DNA of 64,000 nt from an uncultured SAR86 cluster bacterium (GCA_902608115.1 CACLMT010000003.1:40302-104301), one strand, 5' to 3'; shown: positions 39,038-49,735, counted from the stretch's first letter. Notes: generated from the sequence alone by a model not told the origin. Numbers and translations are program-made.

Positions 39038-39153
39038 TTTTAGATAAAAACACTGATTTAAAGGGTATGAATTAAACTAATAAAAAAACTGTCTTGATTA
39101 ATTAAAAGCTACTTTTTTTACATGGTTGATTTAAGATAAGCATTTTAAAGCTA

Positions 39154-40200
39154 ATGGATTACCAAACTGACAATACCCGAATAGTTGAGAGGTTAGATAT
39201 AATCCCTCCTATCAATCTTTTAGAAGAAATGCCTATTTCTGAAAAAATTTCTAGCTTAGTTTACGGTACTAGAAATGAGATTAGTAGCATTTTACATGGT
39301 AAAGACGATAGATTATTAGTTGTATGCGGACCTTGCTCAATACACAATCCCGATTCTGCAATTGAGTATGCAACAAAACTAAAAGAGCAATATGAGTTGC
39401 TAAATAAAGATTTGCTGATAGTTATGAGAGTTTATTTTGAAAAACCTCGTACGACAGTTGGTTGGAAAGGTTTAATTAATGATCCAGATTTAAATGGAAC
39501 ATTTGATATAAATAAGGGTATCCGTTTATCTAGATCTCTTCTGTTAGAATTTGGCAAGATGGGTTTACCGTGTGGTACAGAGTTTTTAGATTTAATTAGT
39601 CCTCAATATATTGCCGATTTAATTTCTTGGGGAGCTATTGGAGCAAGAACTGCTGAGAGCCAAACCCATAGAGAGCTAGCATCAGGAATGTCGTGCCCCA
39701 TAGGAATTAAAAATGGAACAAACGGAGCTCTAAAACCTGCAATTGATGGCATCCAAGCAGCCAATCATTCTCATGTATTTTTTTCTACAACTAAAGAAGG
39801 AAATGTATCAGTTTTTCGAACATCAGGGAATTCTGATTCACACATCATCTTGAGAGGTGGCAAAAAACCAAATTTTTCAAAAAATGATATAGAGAAAACT
39901 CTAACAGCACTTACAGAAGCAGATGTAAATAAATCAATCATGGTCGATGCTAGTCATGGAAACAGTCAAAAACAATTTAAAAAACAAATAGAGGTTATAA
40001 ATGATTTAGCCGAACAAATTTCTGGGGGAAATGGCTCTTTAAGAGGTTTAATGCTGGAAAGCAATTTAGTAGAAGGAAACCAAAGTATTTCAGATAATTT
40101 AACGTATGGGCAAAGTATTACCGATGCATGTATGAATTGGTCAGATACACTAGAATGCCTTCAAGTTGTTAGTGAGGCTGTTAAAAAAAGGCGGGGTTAA
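39154..40200 (+). CDS. aroG: DAHP synthase class I (AroF/G/H type)
   Basis: GPCSIH, MRVYFEKPRTTVGWKG, IGARTAESQTHRELASG, DASHGNS, YGQSITDAC; isoenzyme specificity unknown. Confidence 0.93.
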   Translation: MDYQTDNTRIVERLDIIPPINLLEEMPISEKISSLVYGTRNEISSILHGKDDRLLVVCGPCSIHNPDSAIEYATKLKEQYELLNKDLLIVMRVYFEKPRTTVGWKGLINDPDLNGTFDINKGIRLSRSLLLEFGKMGLPCGTEFLDLISPQYIADLISWGAIGARTAESQTHRELASGMSCPIGIKNGTNGALKPAIDGIQAANHSHVFFSTTKEGNVSVFRTSGNSDSHIILRGGKKPNFSKNDIEKTLTALTEADVNKSIMVDASHGNSQKQFKKQIEVINDLAEQISGGNGSLRGLMLESNLVEGNQSISDNLTYGQSITDACMNWSDTLECLQVVSEAVKKRRG

Positions 40201-41013
40201 TTGGATAAAAAAAACTTTACTTTTTCGATTCAAGAAGCTGAAACATTAGGCGTTGAGTGCGCTACTGTACTGGCTGCTACAAAAAAAATAGATACGCTAT
40301 CTTTATCAGCTCAAGAAATATCTAATCATGTAGAAAATACTCTAAGTTTTTTAAGCGCTACTCAAGTCCTAAATAATGTTAAACGCTTGATTGACTTAAA
40401 ATTAATTAGATCAAAGACATCAATATCTAAAAAAAGTAACCACAAACCCAATATCTATAAATTAAAACTTCCAAGCAATAATAATACTGGTAAACGTATT
40501 CTTGAAAGCTCATGGATACCTTCTGATCATGCCTATGAAGTATTGAATATGGGCGGAGTGAATAAAAATTTTATCAACAACAAGATAGATGAATTTAAAA
40601 TGTATTGGCTAGAGAAGAATCAAATGCGTGATAATTGGAATGTGCTATTTGTTGATTTTATTAGGCGTGAATGGATAAAAGAAAATTCTTCCAATAAAGG
40701 CATGCCATTTTGTATAAATAATGAATGGATGCCTACATCTGATGCCTTTGATGTTCTAGAATTAGCAAATGTATCAAAAAATGATGCGTTAAAACATTTG
40801 AAGGAGTTTATACTCTACTGGAAGGAGAATGGAACAGCCTTAAAATCTTGGAATTCAAAATTTGTAGATTTTGTTAAACGAAAAGAACTTATAGGATCGT
40901 ACGAAGAAATTAATGACAAAAAAACTAAAAGACATAATGAACCCGGAGAATTTTCCAAAAAATTCAATGAAAGAACTCAAGATGAATCATGGGCAGAAAA
41001 TTTCGAGCTCTGA
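40201..41013 (+). CDS. Protein with two DnaT-like ssDNA-binding domains (lambda O-derived DopC-like)
   Basis: Two copies, 71 aa apart, of W.P....EF..YW......W...F (starting 40513 and 40726); TTG start immediately after the aroG stop. Confidence 0.75.
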   Translation: MDKKNFTFSIQEAETLGVECATVLAATKKIDTLSLSAQEISNHVENTLSFLSATQVLNNVKRLIDLKLIRSKTSISKKSNHKPNIYKLKLPSNNNTGKRILESSWIPSDHAYEVLNMGGVNKNFINNKIDEFKMYWLEKNQMRDNWNVLFVDFIRREWIKENSSNKGMPFCINNEWMPTSDAFDVLELANVSKNDALKHLKEFILYWKENGTALKSWNSKFVDFVKRKELIGSYEEINDKKTKRHNEPGEFSKKFNERTQDESWAENFEL

Positions 41014-41560
41014 ACGTAAAGCTTTTATCAAAGCTATTGATAATCTCTTCTTAAAACTAGAGCTATCTTATCATTATCAATTCTACAAAGTTTTTGGCAC
41101 AGACAAGAGATTAAAAGAAGCAAAAAGACTTTGGGCAGAAAGCTTAAAAAGATATTCTCCAACCTGTATTTATTCAGCAACAGAAACTGTTGTTAAAACA
41201 AACGACTACTTGCCAACATTAACTGAAGTTATTAAAGCTTGTGGAGAGTCAATTGATGTCTTAAACATCCCATCTACCCAAGAAGCATTTATTGAAGCAC
41301 AGAAATCATCTGCTCCTAGAAAAGAATATAATTGGACTACTCCAATTATTTACTGGGCCGCAAGAGAGGTTGGATGGGATATTATCAACTCTTCCAATAA
41401 CCCAAACACTTTCAAACTATTCTCAAAGGTATATGCACGCCTTGCTAATAAAATGAATGAAGGTCAGTCCTTTGATATCTCTGTTGAAGAACCTAATGCA
41501 GAAGTAAAGCCATTAGATAAAGAGCTACTTAAAAACTTAAGAAAAAAGCATAACTTATAG
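40982..41560 (+). CDS. Lambda replication protein P-like helicase loader (DopE-like)
   Basis: AKRLWAESL, LPTL.E...C, P...EAF.EA, W..PIIYWAA..VGW, F...Y..L; start may be 40913 or 40982. Confidence 0.75.
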   Translation: MNHGQKISSSERKAFIKAIDNLFLKLELSYHYQFYKVFGTDKRLKEAKRLWAESLKRYSPTCIYSATETVVKTNDYLPTLTEVIKACGESIDVLNIPSTQEAFIEAQKSSAPRKEYNWTTPIIYWAAREVGWDIINSSNNPNTFKLFSKVYARLANKMNEGQSFDISVEEPNAEVKPLDKELLKNLRKKHNL

Positions 41561-41641
41561 TATCTAAAAAGAATTTTACAAGAGAATAAACTATAATCAC
41601 TTTCCTTGGTCAAATAGAGTATTGAGTAAATTAAAAAAATT

Positions 41642-42523
41642 ATGTCAAAAAATGTAAGGATATCTTTATACATTCTTATTCCAGTCATTGGATGGATGAT
41701 TTCTGGTCAATTTGTTAAGGAAAATATTACAAATGAAAGGATTGAAAAAACTCTTTCATCAGTTGTTATATCAGAAAGCTCTCCATCTTTTTTCTCTCCA
41801 AAAATTGTACTAAATGCATCAGCTACTTCTGAAAAGCGAGTTAATGTTATGGCCAAAACATCGGGTGAGGTAATGCCAAACAATGTATTACAAGGGGATT
41901 GGGTAAAAAAAGATCAAGTGCTTTGTAGATTAGGTGTTGTTGAGCTTAATAGAACTGAAGTGAAGGCACCTTTTAGAGGGTATGTGGAAAAAATTGTAAA
42001 GCCAGGCAATTTGCTTAATCGAGGAGAAATATGTGCAATTATTATTGAGTTAGATCCTTTAACTTTTGTTGCAGAAGTCCCTGAAGCTGAAATTAAAAGC
42101 ATTGTTAAAGGTCAAAAAGTTTTAATTGAACTAGTAACTGGTGAGACAATTACAAGCAAATTAAGTTTTGTTTCAAAAAGCGCAACACCCGCAACTAGAA
42201 GTTTCAGAGTAGAAGCAGAAGTCGAAAACTCCAAAGGAGTAATACGTGATGGCATTACCGGAACAATGAAAATTTATACAAATAAAATTCTTGCTCACAA
42301 AATTTCACCTTCAATTCTTTTATTATCTGATAACGGAACTATAGGAGTAAAAAGTGTTAACAATAATAACATTGTAGAATTTCTTCCTATAAAAATTATT
42401 GAAGATACTAATGATGGAATTTGGGTAACTGGAATACCAAACTTAAGTAATTTAATAGTGGTTGGTCAAGGCTTTGTTGAAAATGGCCAAGAAGTTGCCG
42501 TTACAAGCTTGGCTAAATTATGA
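41642..42523 (+). CDS. RND periplasmic adaptor (MFP) without alpha-helical hairpin
   Basis: N-terminal anchor, lipoyl halves (GDWVKKDQVLCRL / VKAPFRG), TRSFRVEAEV, GQGFVENG. Confidence 0.88.
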   Translation: MSKNVRISLYILIPVIGWMISGQFVKENITNERIEKTLSSVVISESSPSFFSPKIVLNASATSEKRVNVMAKTSGEVMPNNVLQGDWVKKDQVLCRLGVVELNRTEVKAPFRGYVEKIVKPGNLLNRGEICAIIIELDPLTFVAEVPEAEIKSIVKGQKVLIELVTGETITSKLSFVSKSATPATRSFRVEAEVENSKGVIRDGITGTMKIYTNKILAHKISPSILLLSDNGTIGVKSVNNNNIVEFLPIKIIEDTNDGIWVTGIPNLSNLIVVGQGFVENGQEVAVTSLAKL

Positions 42524-45500
42524 CAAAAATAGTAGATTTTGCTTTATCAAAAGCAAAAACTACCCTTGCGTTAGCCTTGATGGTGATAATTGCAGGCTCA
42601 TATGCAAGATCTACTATTAGTGTTGCATCTGATCCTAATATTCAACTTCCTCTTGTAAGTGTTTCAGTTTTTTTAAGTGGGGCTTCTCCAGAAGATGCAT
42701 CTAGATTAATTGCTAGACCACTTGAGACTAGATTAAGAAGTGTTCCTGGTATCAAAGAATTATCATCATCTGCGCGTCTAAGTTATGCCAGAATCGTTGC
42801 AGAATTTGAAGTTGGATATGACATAGATACTGCACTTAGAGATATTAAACAAGCCGTTGAGGAAGTTAAGTTTAAGCTACCACGTGAAGCAGAAGACCCC
42901 CAAATAAGAGAGTATTCTTTTGCAATGTTTCCAGTGATGAATTTAAGCCTAATTGGATCTGCTTCTTTAAGACAAAAGGTATTTATTGCAAGAGAACTCC
43001 AAGATCGACTTGAGGCAGTTAATGAAGTTCTTGCAGCTGATCTTGAGGGCGCTCCTGAAGAAGTTCTTGAAGGAATTATAGATAAGTCCAAGATGGAAAC
43101 TTACGGAATTACCCTAAGTCAATTATACAGAGCAATCTCAAATAATAATTTAATAATTCCTGGAGGAGCACAAGATACAGGATCTGGGAAATTTAATATT
43201 GAAGTACCGAGTATTTTTGAAACAGCTGAAGATGTTTACAACATACCTATAAAGGTTACACAAGATGCAGTCGTAACCTTAAGTGATATAGGAGAAATAA
43301 GGAGGACATTTAAAGATTATTCCTCATTTGCAAAGGTAAATGGAGAAGATGCTGTAACCCTCGAAATAAGATTAAGAGTAGGCGCAAATGCACTTAATGC
43401 TAAAACTAAAATAATGAAAGTTAAAGAAGAGTTTGAGAAAACTTTACCTGAAAATCTTTCAATAGTTAGAACTAATGATGAAACTGTATGGGCAGAAGTC
43501 ATGGTCTCCGAACTAGAGGGCAATATTATAACTGCAATTTTTCTTGTTATGATCCTAGTGATTGCAAGTATGGGGGTTAGAGTTGGATTGATGGTAGGAC
43601 TTTCAATCCCTTTTTGTTTTCTCTTGACATTTATAATTCTTAAGGTCGCAGAAATAGAATTTAATTTCTTGGTCATGATGGGGCTTTTACTTGGTTTAGG
43701 TATGCTTATTGATGGAGCAATAGTTGTAACAGAATATGCTGATAGAAAAATCTCAGAAGGGTTAGATCGATTAGAAGCCTATCGTCTAGCTTCAAAAAGA
43801 ATGTTCTATCCAATACTTTCATCAACAGCAACAACGATAGCTGCATTTACACCACTTGTTTTTTGGCCAGGATTTACTGGTCAATTTATGCGTTACTTAC
43901 CTATAACTGTTTTTATAGTACTGAGTGCATCGCTTGTTTACGCAATGATTATTACGCCAGTTATTGGATCAATATTTGGACAAAGAAGATCTACATTAGT
44001 ATCAGGTGAAAATGAGCAAACTGGGGAAATTATTTTTGATAAAATATCAGGTTTTTATGGACCATGGTTAAGAAAATTTGTTAATAACCCTGGAGAAACC
44101 ATAATTGCTGTGTTGATGGTTCTGTGGTTTTTTGGATTTGCTATGTATGGGAATTTTGGTAAAGGATCGATTTATTTTGCAGATATAGACCCTGTTGCTG
44201 CAGATATATCAATAAGAGCTAGAGGTAATTTTTCTTCACTAGAAGAAAAAGAAATAATGGAGCAAGTAGAATCTAAAATCTCTAAAATTCAAGGCATTGA
44301 AAATTTATATTTAACTACTGGAACCCAATGGTTTAATTCTGGTGGAGACACAATGGCAAGAGGATTTCTTGAAATAGTTGGGTCTGAGGGTAAAAAACTT
44401 AAAGAACGTCGTACATATACAGGCAATGAGGTCATTAGCTTGGTTCAACAAGCAACTTCTAATATTCCTGGCATTATTGTAGAAGTAACCCCAGAAGAAG
44501 GAGGACCCTCTTTTTCTTCACCTATAGAACTAGGTATTTTTGGCGATAATGAAGATCAAGTTGCAAAAGTTACTCAAACAATAGAACAATATATGCAAAA
44601 TGATGTAGAGGGCTTGGTTAATATTAGGTCAACTCTTCCCTACCCATTAATTGAGTGGAGAGTTGAAGTTAATAAACAAAAAGCTGCTCAGCTTGGGGTG
44701 AGTATTGGTGATATTGGTGCGCTTGTTCAAATGCTAACTAATGGATTTAAAGTTGGAGAGTATAGGCCTGATGATTCAAAGGATGAAATTGAGATAAGGG
44801 CTAGATTTGGTAGTCAACTTAGATCATTGAGCGGAATTGAAGATCTAAGAGTCAATTCAATTAATGGTCTTATTCCAATTAGTACCTTTATTAAATTAGT
44901 GCCAGTAGAAAATCGTCAATCAGTTGTGAGAAGAAATGGAAAGTTCTTCCATGAAATAGGTGTAGCAATTGACAAAGAGAAAGCTGCAGCAGGTGGGTAT
45001 AATGTTGCCGACAAAGTAAAAGAAATGGATCAATGGCTTTCTGAGCAGGATTTTGGAACAGGAATTACAACTAAATTTAGAGGCCAACAAGAAGAAACTG
45101 AGGAAGTTATTGAATTCTTAACTATTGCGGCCATAACTGCCCTTGCGTTAATGTTAATCTTACTGGTCACTCAATTTAATAGCTTTTATCAATCCTCGCT
45201 TGTTTTAAGTGCTGTCTTTATGTCAGTAGTTGGTGTATTAATTGGTCTGTTAATTAGAGGTGAGCCATTTAGTACTACCATGACAGGCATTGCAGTGGTT
45301 GCTCTGTCTGGGATTGTAGTCAATAACAATATCGTATTAATTGATACATTCAATAGGCTAAAAGGGGAATTTCCAAATTTAACAAGAGAAGATGTCATCA
45401 TTAAAACTTGTAAACAAAGATTGCGTCCTATTTTGCTTACGACTGCAACAACTATCTTTGGATTAATGCCTTTAGCAATAGGTCTAAGTATTGATGTATT

Positions 45501-45690
45501 AGATAGAGAAATTATGGTTGGGAGTCGTGTAGTTAGTTGGTGGCAAAATTTAGCCTCCTCTATTGTTTTTGGTTTAGGCTTTAGCACAATTCTAACTTTA
45601 ATTTTTACCCCAGCAGCCCTTATACTTCCCTCAAGAATTAAATCATTTTTACAAAATAGGTTTGGGTTATTTAATGCACAAGTAGAGTGA
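42520..45690 (+). CDS. RND-family (AcrB-like) transporter
   Basis: 1056 aa, GASPED, GMLIDGAIVV.E, RLRPILLT..TTI.G..P. Confidence 0.93.
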   Translation: MTKIVDFALSKAKTTLALALMVIIAGSYARSTISVASDPNIQLPLVSVSVFLSGASPEDASRLIARPLETRLRSVPGIKELSSSARLSYARIVAEFEVGYDIDTALRDIKQAVEEVKFKLPREAEDPQIREYSFAMFPVMNLSLIGSASLRQKVFIARELQDRLEAVNEVLAADLEGAPEEVLEGIIDKSKMETYGITLSQLYRAISNNNLIIPGGAQDTGSGKFNIEVPSIFETAEDVYNIPIKVTQDAVVTLSDIGEIRRTFKDYSSFAKVNGEDAVTLEIRLRVGANALNAKTKIMKVKEEFEKTLPENLSIVRTNDETVWAEVMVSELEGNIITAIFLVMILVIASMGVRVGLMVGLSIPFCFLLTFIILKVAEIEFNFLVMMGLLLGLGMLIDGAIVVTEYADRKISEGLDRLEAYRLASKRMFYPILSSTATTIAAFTPLVFWPGFTGQFMRYLPITVFIVLSASLVYAMIITPVIGSIFGQRRSTLVSGENEQTGEIIFDKISGFYGPWLRKFVNNPGETIIAVLMVLWFFGFAMYGNFGKGSIYFADIDPVAADISIRARGNFSSLEEKEIMEQVESKISKIQGIENLYLTTGTQWFNSGGDTMARGFLEIVGSEGKKLKERRTYTGNEVISLVQQATSNIPGIIVEVTPEEGGPSFSSPIELGIFGDNEDQVAKVTQTIEQYMQNDVEGLVNIRSTLPYPLIEWRVEVNKQKAAQLGVSIGDIGALVQMLTNGFKVGEYRPDDSKDEIEIRARFGSQLRSLSGIEDLRVNSINGLIPISTFIKLVPVENRQSVVRRNGKFFHEIGVAIDKEKAAAGGYNVADKVKEMDQWLSEQDFGTGITTKFRGQQEETEEVIEFLTIAAITALALMLILLVTQFNSFYQSSLVLSAVFMSVVGVLIGLLIRGEPFSTTMTGIAVVALSGIVVNNNIVLIDTFNRLKGEFPNLTREDVIIKTCKQRLRPILLTTATTIFGLMPLAIGLSIDVLDREIMVGSRVVSWWQNLASSIVFGLGFSTILTLIFTPAALILPSRIKSFLQNRFGLFNAQVE

Positions 45691-45720
45691 TCATAAAAAA
45701 ATGATAAGTTACAATAAGAA

Positions 45721-45939
45721 ATGGTAAAAAAAGATACAACTAATTTTGAAGCATCATTAAAAAAACTAGAGAAAATTGTTCTCAAACTAGAGGATGGTGA
45801 TATCAGCTTGGAAGATAGCGTAAAATCTTTTGAGGAAGGCATTGGGTTAGTAAAAGAATGTCAGAAACAATTATCAGAAGCCGAATTAAAAGTTAAAAAA
45901 CTTTTGGGTAATGGTGAGTCAGTAGATCTAAAAAATTAA
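45721..45939 (+). CDS. xseB: Exodeoxyribonuclease VII small subunit
   Basis: FEASLKKLEKIV..LE.G...LEDS...FEEG..L...CQ..L..AE. Confidence 0.93.
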   Translation: MVKKDTTNFEASLKKLEKIVLKLEDGDISLEDSVKSFEEGIGLVKECQKQLSEAELKVKKLLGNGESVDLKN

Positions 45940-45948
45940 AAGTAAAAA

Positions 45949-46818
45949 ATGTCTGCAACCTTTTTATCTGCATGCAAAGAAAGGGTATTTAATAAAATAA
46001 ATTCTCTTCTTGTTGAAGATGATAAAGTTACATCATCTATGAAATATTCAGCATTAGCTGATAGCAAATGTATCAGAGCTGGATTAGTTTTTGCTTCCGG
46101 AAATCTCAAAAAAAATCTCAATGATTCAGCTTTAACCGATTTAGCCACCAGCATTGAGCTTATGCATACCTATTCATTAATTCATGATGACCTTCCTTCC
46201 ATGGATAACGATGATATGAGACGAGGACAACCCTCAAACCATATAATTTTTCATGAAGCAACTTCTATTTTAGCTGGAGATGCTTTGCAAGCATTAGCAT
46301 ATGAAGTTATAGCATCCTCTAAAGATATTAAAGATAAGCAAAAGATTGAGATCATTAAAACACTCACTTCATCATGTGGACATCAAGGTATGATTTTAGG
46401 ACAACAATATGACTTAGATGCTGAAAAAGATGAATACCATGACATTAAGAAAATTCACCTACTTAAAACAGCCAAGTTAATTCAAGCCGCAATCACTTTG
46501 CCATACTTGGGCTTATATGAATATAAAGATACATATAAGATACTGCAAAAGCTAGGAGAAAAACTAGGTCTAGCTTTTCAAATTATGGATGATGTCCTTG
46601 AAATATCTTCTAATTCTGAAACGCTAGGTAAAAACAACAACTCAGATATAAAAAACTCCAAAATGACCTATGTAAGCGTTTTTGGGTTAGAAGAGTCTAT
46701 TCAACAAGCTGAAAAAATCTCTAATTCATGTATCAATGAAATAAAGAAAAAATTTTCTAGCAAAGAATCAAAAGAATTAATTGAATTGGCTAATTATATG
46801 GTTGCAAGAACTCATTAA
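45949..46818 (+). CDS. ispA: Farnesyl diphosphate synthase
   Basis: HTYSLIHDDLPSMDNDDMRRG, AGDALQ, LKTA, AFQIMDD. Confidence 0.93.
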   Translation: MSATFLSACKERVFNKINSLLVEDDKVTSSMKYSALADSKCIRAGLVFASGNLKKNLNDSALTDLATSIELMHTYSLIHDDLPSMDNDDMRRGQPSNHIIFHEATSILAGDALQALAYEVIASSKDIKDKQKIEIIKTLTSSCGHQGMILGQQYDLDAEKDEYHDIKKIHLLKTAKLIQAAITLPYLGLYEYKDTYKILQKLGEKLGLAFQIMDDVLEISSNSETLGKNNNSDIKNSKMTYVSVFGLEESIQQAEKISNSCINEIKKKFSSKESKELIELANYMVARTH

Positions 46819-46819
46819 A

Positions 46820-48691
46820 ATGAAAATATTTTCAAAAATACCCACAACTATCCCGGAAACTCCTATTCTAAATAAGATTAAAAGCCCTGAAGATATAAAA
46901 AATCTTTCTCCTATTGAATTAAAAACTCTAGCAGATGATGTAAGGGCATACATGCTCTATTGTGTTGGGCAAAGTGGCGGTCATCTTGGCGGGGGTCTAG
47001 GGGTTGTAGAGCTTACTGTGGTATTGCAATATCTTTACCATACACCTGAAGATAAAATTATATGGGATGTTGGTCATCAAGCCTATCCACATAAGATCCT
47101 AACAGGAAGAAAGGATAGATTAATTAGTATTCGACAGAAAAATGGATTAGCCCCTTTTCCAAGCAGATCAGAAAGCCAATATGATGCATTTGGCGTTGGA
47201 CATTCAAGCACTTCTATCAGTGCTGCCCTTGGAATGGCAATTGCAAATAAAGAAACAAATAAAAAAGTAGTAGCTGTAATTGGCGATGGCGCAATGACTG
47301 CTGGAATTGCTTTTGAGGGCTTAGCTCATACCGGTCACATTAAACCAAATATGCTTATTATCTTAAATGATAACGATATGTCTATTTCAGAAAATGTTGG
47401 AGGATTAAATAATTATTTCTCAAGAATATGGGCTTCAAAACTATATAAAGGCATTAGGAAAAGTGGTAAAAGTTTTTTAGAGAATTTACCTCAAGCTCAT
47501 CATATTGCTAGAAAAGTTGAAACTCAAATGAAAGCAATGGTTGCTCCTGGGAGTATTTTTGAGGAATTAGGGTTAAATTATATAGGTCCAATTGATGGTC
47601 ACAATGTGAGTGAATTAATATCTGTTATAGGTAACCTTAAAGATTTTGAAGGGCCTCAGTTCCTACATATCATCACAAAAAAAGGGGCTGGTCTTGATCA
47701 GGCAGAAGCAGATAGGATTGGCTTTCATGCAATTGGGAAAATTAAACCCCTTGATTCAACTCCTAAGAAAAATCAAGGACCTAAATATCAAGATGTTTTT
47801 GGAGATTGGATTGTTGATATGGCAAAAGAAGATGAAAACCTCCTTGCTGTAACGCCTGCTATGAGAGAAGGCTCAGGCTTAGTAAAATTTAGCAAAGAGT
47901 TCCCTGATAGATTTTTTGATGTTGCCATTGCAGAACAGCATGCAGTAACTCTTGCAGCAGGAATGGCATGTGAAAACAAAAAACCTGTTGTTGCAATTTA
48001 TTCAACTTTCTTACAAAGAGCCTATGACCAGCTAATACATGATATTGCACTCCAGAATCTTAATATTTTATTTGCCATAGATAGAGCTGGGTTAGTTGGA
48101 GAAGATGGACCCACTCATTCAGGAAATTATGATCTAAGTTATTTAAGATGTATTCCAAATATGGTTATTGCTGTACCTGCAGATGAAGATGAAACAAGAA
48201 AACTTTTAACAACAGCTTATCATCATAAAGGACCTGCTGCTGTGAGATATCCAAGAGGGGGCGGGCGAAATACAGCTATCAGCCCTGAGCTAAAGAAAGT
48301 TCCTTTAGGTAAGGGACGATTAATTAACGAAGGAACTTCAAATATTTTAATTTTAAATTTTGGGGCACTTATCGTAACAGCTGAGAAAGTGGCAAAAAAA
48401 TTAAATTCAACAATATTAGATATGAGATTTGTAAAACCACTAGATGAAAATCTGATAGCTAAATACGCTGCAAATAAAAAAATAATTGTAACAATTGAAG
48501 ATGGCTCAATATCTGGAGGTGCTGGCTCGGCTGTGAATGAATGGATGCAACTTCAAGATAATCAAATTCAGGTTTTGATATGCGGGATTCCTGATAAATT
48601 TATTGAACATGCAAGCAGAGAAGAAATGCTAGACATGGCTGAATTAGATACAAAAGGTATATTAAAAAAGATAAAAAAATATTCAGCTTAA
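46820..48691 (+). CDS. dxs: 1-deoxy-D-xylulose-5-phosphate synthase
   Basis: [51 protein letters not shown] at 46820. Confidence 0.96.
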   Translation: MKIFSKIPTTIPETPILNKIKSPEDIKNLSPIELKTLADDVRAYMLYCVGQSGGHLGGGLGVVELTVVLQYLYHTPEDKIIWDVGHQAYPHKILTGRKDRLISIRQKNGLAPFPSRSESQYDAFGVGHSSTSISAALGMAIANKETNKKVVAVIGDGAMTAGIAFEGLAHTGHIKPNMLIILNDNDMSISENVGGLNNYFSRIWASKLYKGIRKSGKSFLENLPQAHHIARKVETQMKAMVAPGSIFEELGLNYIGPIDGHNVSELISVIGNLKDFEGPQFLHIITKKGAGLDQAEADRIGFHAIGKIKPLDSTPKKNQGPKYQDVFGDWIVDMAKEDENLLAVTPAMREGSGLVKFSKEFPDRFFDVAIAEQHAVTLAAGMACENKKPVVAIYSTFLQRAYDQLIHDIALQNLNILFAIDRAGLVGEDGPTHSGNYDLSYLRCIPNMVIAVPADEDETRKLLTTAYHHKGPAAVRYPRGGGRNTAISPELKKVPLGKGRLINEGTSNILILNFGALIVTAEKVAKKLNSTILDMRFVKPLDENLIAKYAANKKIIVTIEDGSISGGAGSAVNEWMQLQDNQIQVLICGIPDKFIEHASREEMLDMAELDTKGILKKIKKYSA

Positions 48692-49267
48692 ATGTCCAAG
48701 CTTATCTCGTTTGGTTTGTAAATAACCTTTATTATTATCATTTGCACCAACATGCAAAGAGGTTCGTTGAGCAATAGTAATCCCCGCATCCTCTAAGGCT
48801 TCAACTTTCTTCGGATTATTAGTTAAAAGATTTACAGAGGAAATTTTAAAATAATTTAAGATATCTGAGCATATTTGATAATTTCTTAAATCTGCTGCAA
48901 ACCCTAATAATTCATTTGCTTCAACAGTGTCATGGCCCTGATCTTGCAAAGCAAAAGCTTTAATTGTATTAACTAACCCAATACCTCTTCCCTCTTGCCT
49001 AAGATAGAGCAAAATACCAGATTTATTTTTGGCAATCATTTTTAAACCTGCTTGAAGCTGTGGGCCACAATCACATCTTAAACTTAATAATGCATCACCA
49101 GTTAAGCACTCAGAATGTACTCTACATAAAACAACACCCTTTCCTTCTATATCACCAAAGGTTAATGCTAAATGCTCTTTTCCATCAGGTTCCTCAAATG
49201 CACAAAGAGTAAATTCTCCATACTGAGTTGGAAGTTTGGATTGTGTTACAAATTTGCAGTCGCTCAT
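48683..49267 (-). CDS. ribA: GTP cyclohydrolase II homolog with K101T/Y105F substitutions
   Basis: [17 protein letters not shown] (Zn ligands), [21 protein letters not shown]. Confidence 0.88.
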   Translation of the reverse strand: MSDCKFVTQSKLPTQYGEFTLCAFEEPDGKEHLALTFGDIEGKGVVLCRVHSECLTGDALLSLRCDCGPQLQAGLKMIAKNKSGILLYLRQEGRGIGLVNTIKAFALQDQGHDTVEANELLGFAADLRNYQICSDILNYFKISSVNLLTNNPKKVEALEDAGITIAQRTSLHVGANDNNKGYLQTKRDKLGHLS

Positions 49268-49272
49268 TAGAT

Positions 49273-49734
49273 TTAGATCAAACTAAAAAATACAAAAATT
49301 ATAACGCCCGAGAATAAACCGGCTAACACATCATCAAAAAGAATACCCCAGCCCCCTTTAAGATTAATATCCGCCCAAGCAATTGGTCCAGGTTTCCAAA
49401 TATCAAATAATCTAAATAAAATGAATGCTGCTATATACATCAAAAAATTATTTTCAACAAATGATAAAGCTATCAACATACCTACAACCTCATCTATCAC
49501 AATAGACGGGTGATCATCTGTTTCACTGTCTTCATCTGCTTTTATGCAAACATACAAAGAAAGGATTACAAATAATGGAATAATAATTATGGTCCATGAA
49601 TGTAAGAAATCTAAAAAATACCATCCAATTGCAGCCATTAAACTACCCCAAGTTCCAGGAGCAGGCCTTAACAAGCCAACACCAAACCATGTTGCTAATA
49701 TATGAGAGGGTTTTTTAAAATTTGGAAAAGGCAT
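49273..49734 (-). CDS. pgpA: Phosphatidylglycerophosphatase A
   Basis: [34 protein letters not shown]. Confidence 0.93.
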   Translation of the reverse strand: MPFPNFKKPSHILATWFGVGLLRPAPGTWGSLMAAIGWYFLDFLHSWTIIIIPLFVILSLYVCIKADEDSETDDHPSIVIDEVVGMLIALSFVENNFLMYIAAFILFRLFDIWKPGPIAWADINLKGGWGILFDDVLAGLFSGVIIFVFFSLI

Positions 49735-49735
49735 A

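Noticed and set aside
40201..41560. Prophage remnant
   Set aside because: No integrase, repressor, structural genes or att repeats; genes intact and tightly coupled to housekeeping neighbours
45189..45842. 217-aa antisense ORF, and similar shadow ORFs at 771, 18454, 19909, 42783, 43317 and others
   Set aside because: They lie opposite or out of frame within well-supported genes, with no recognisable motifs
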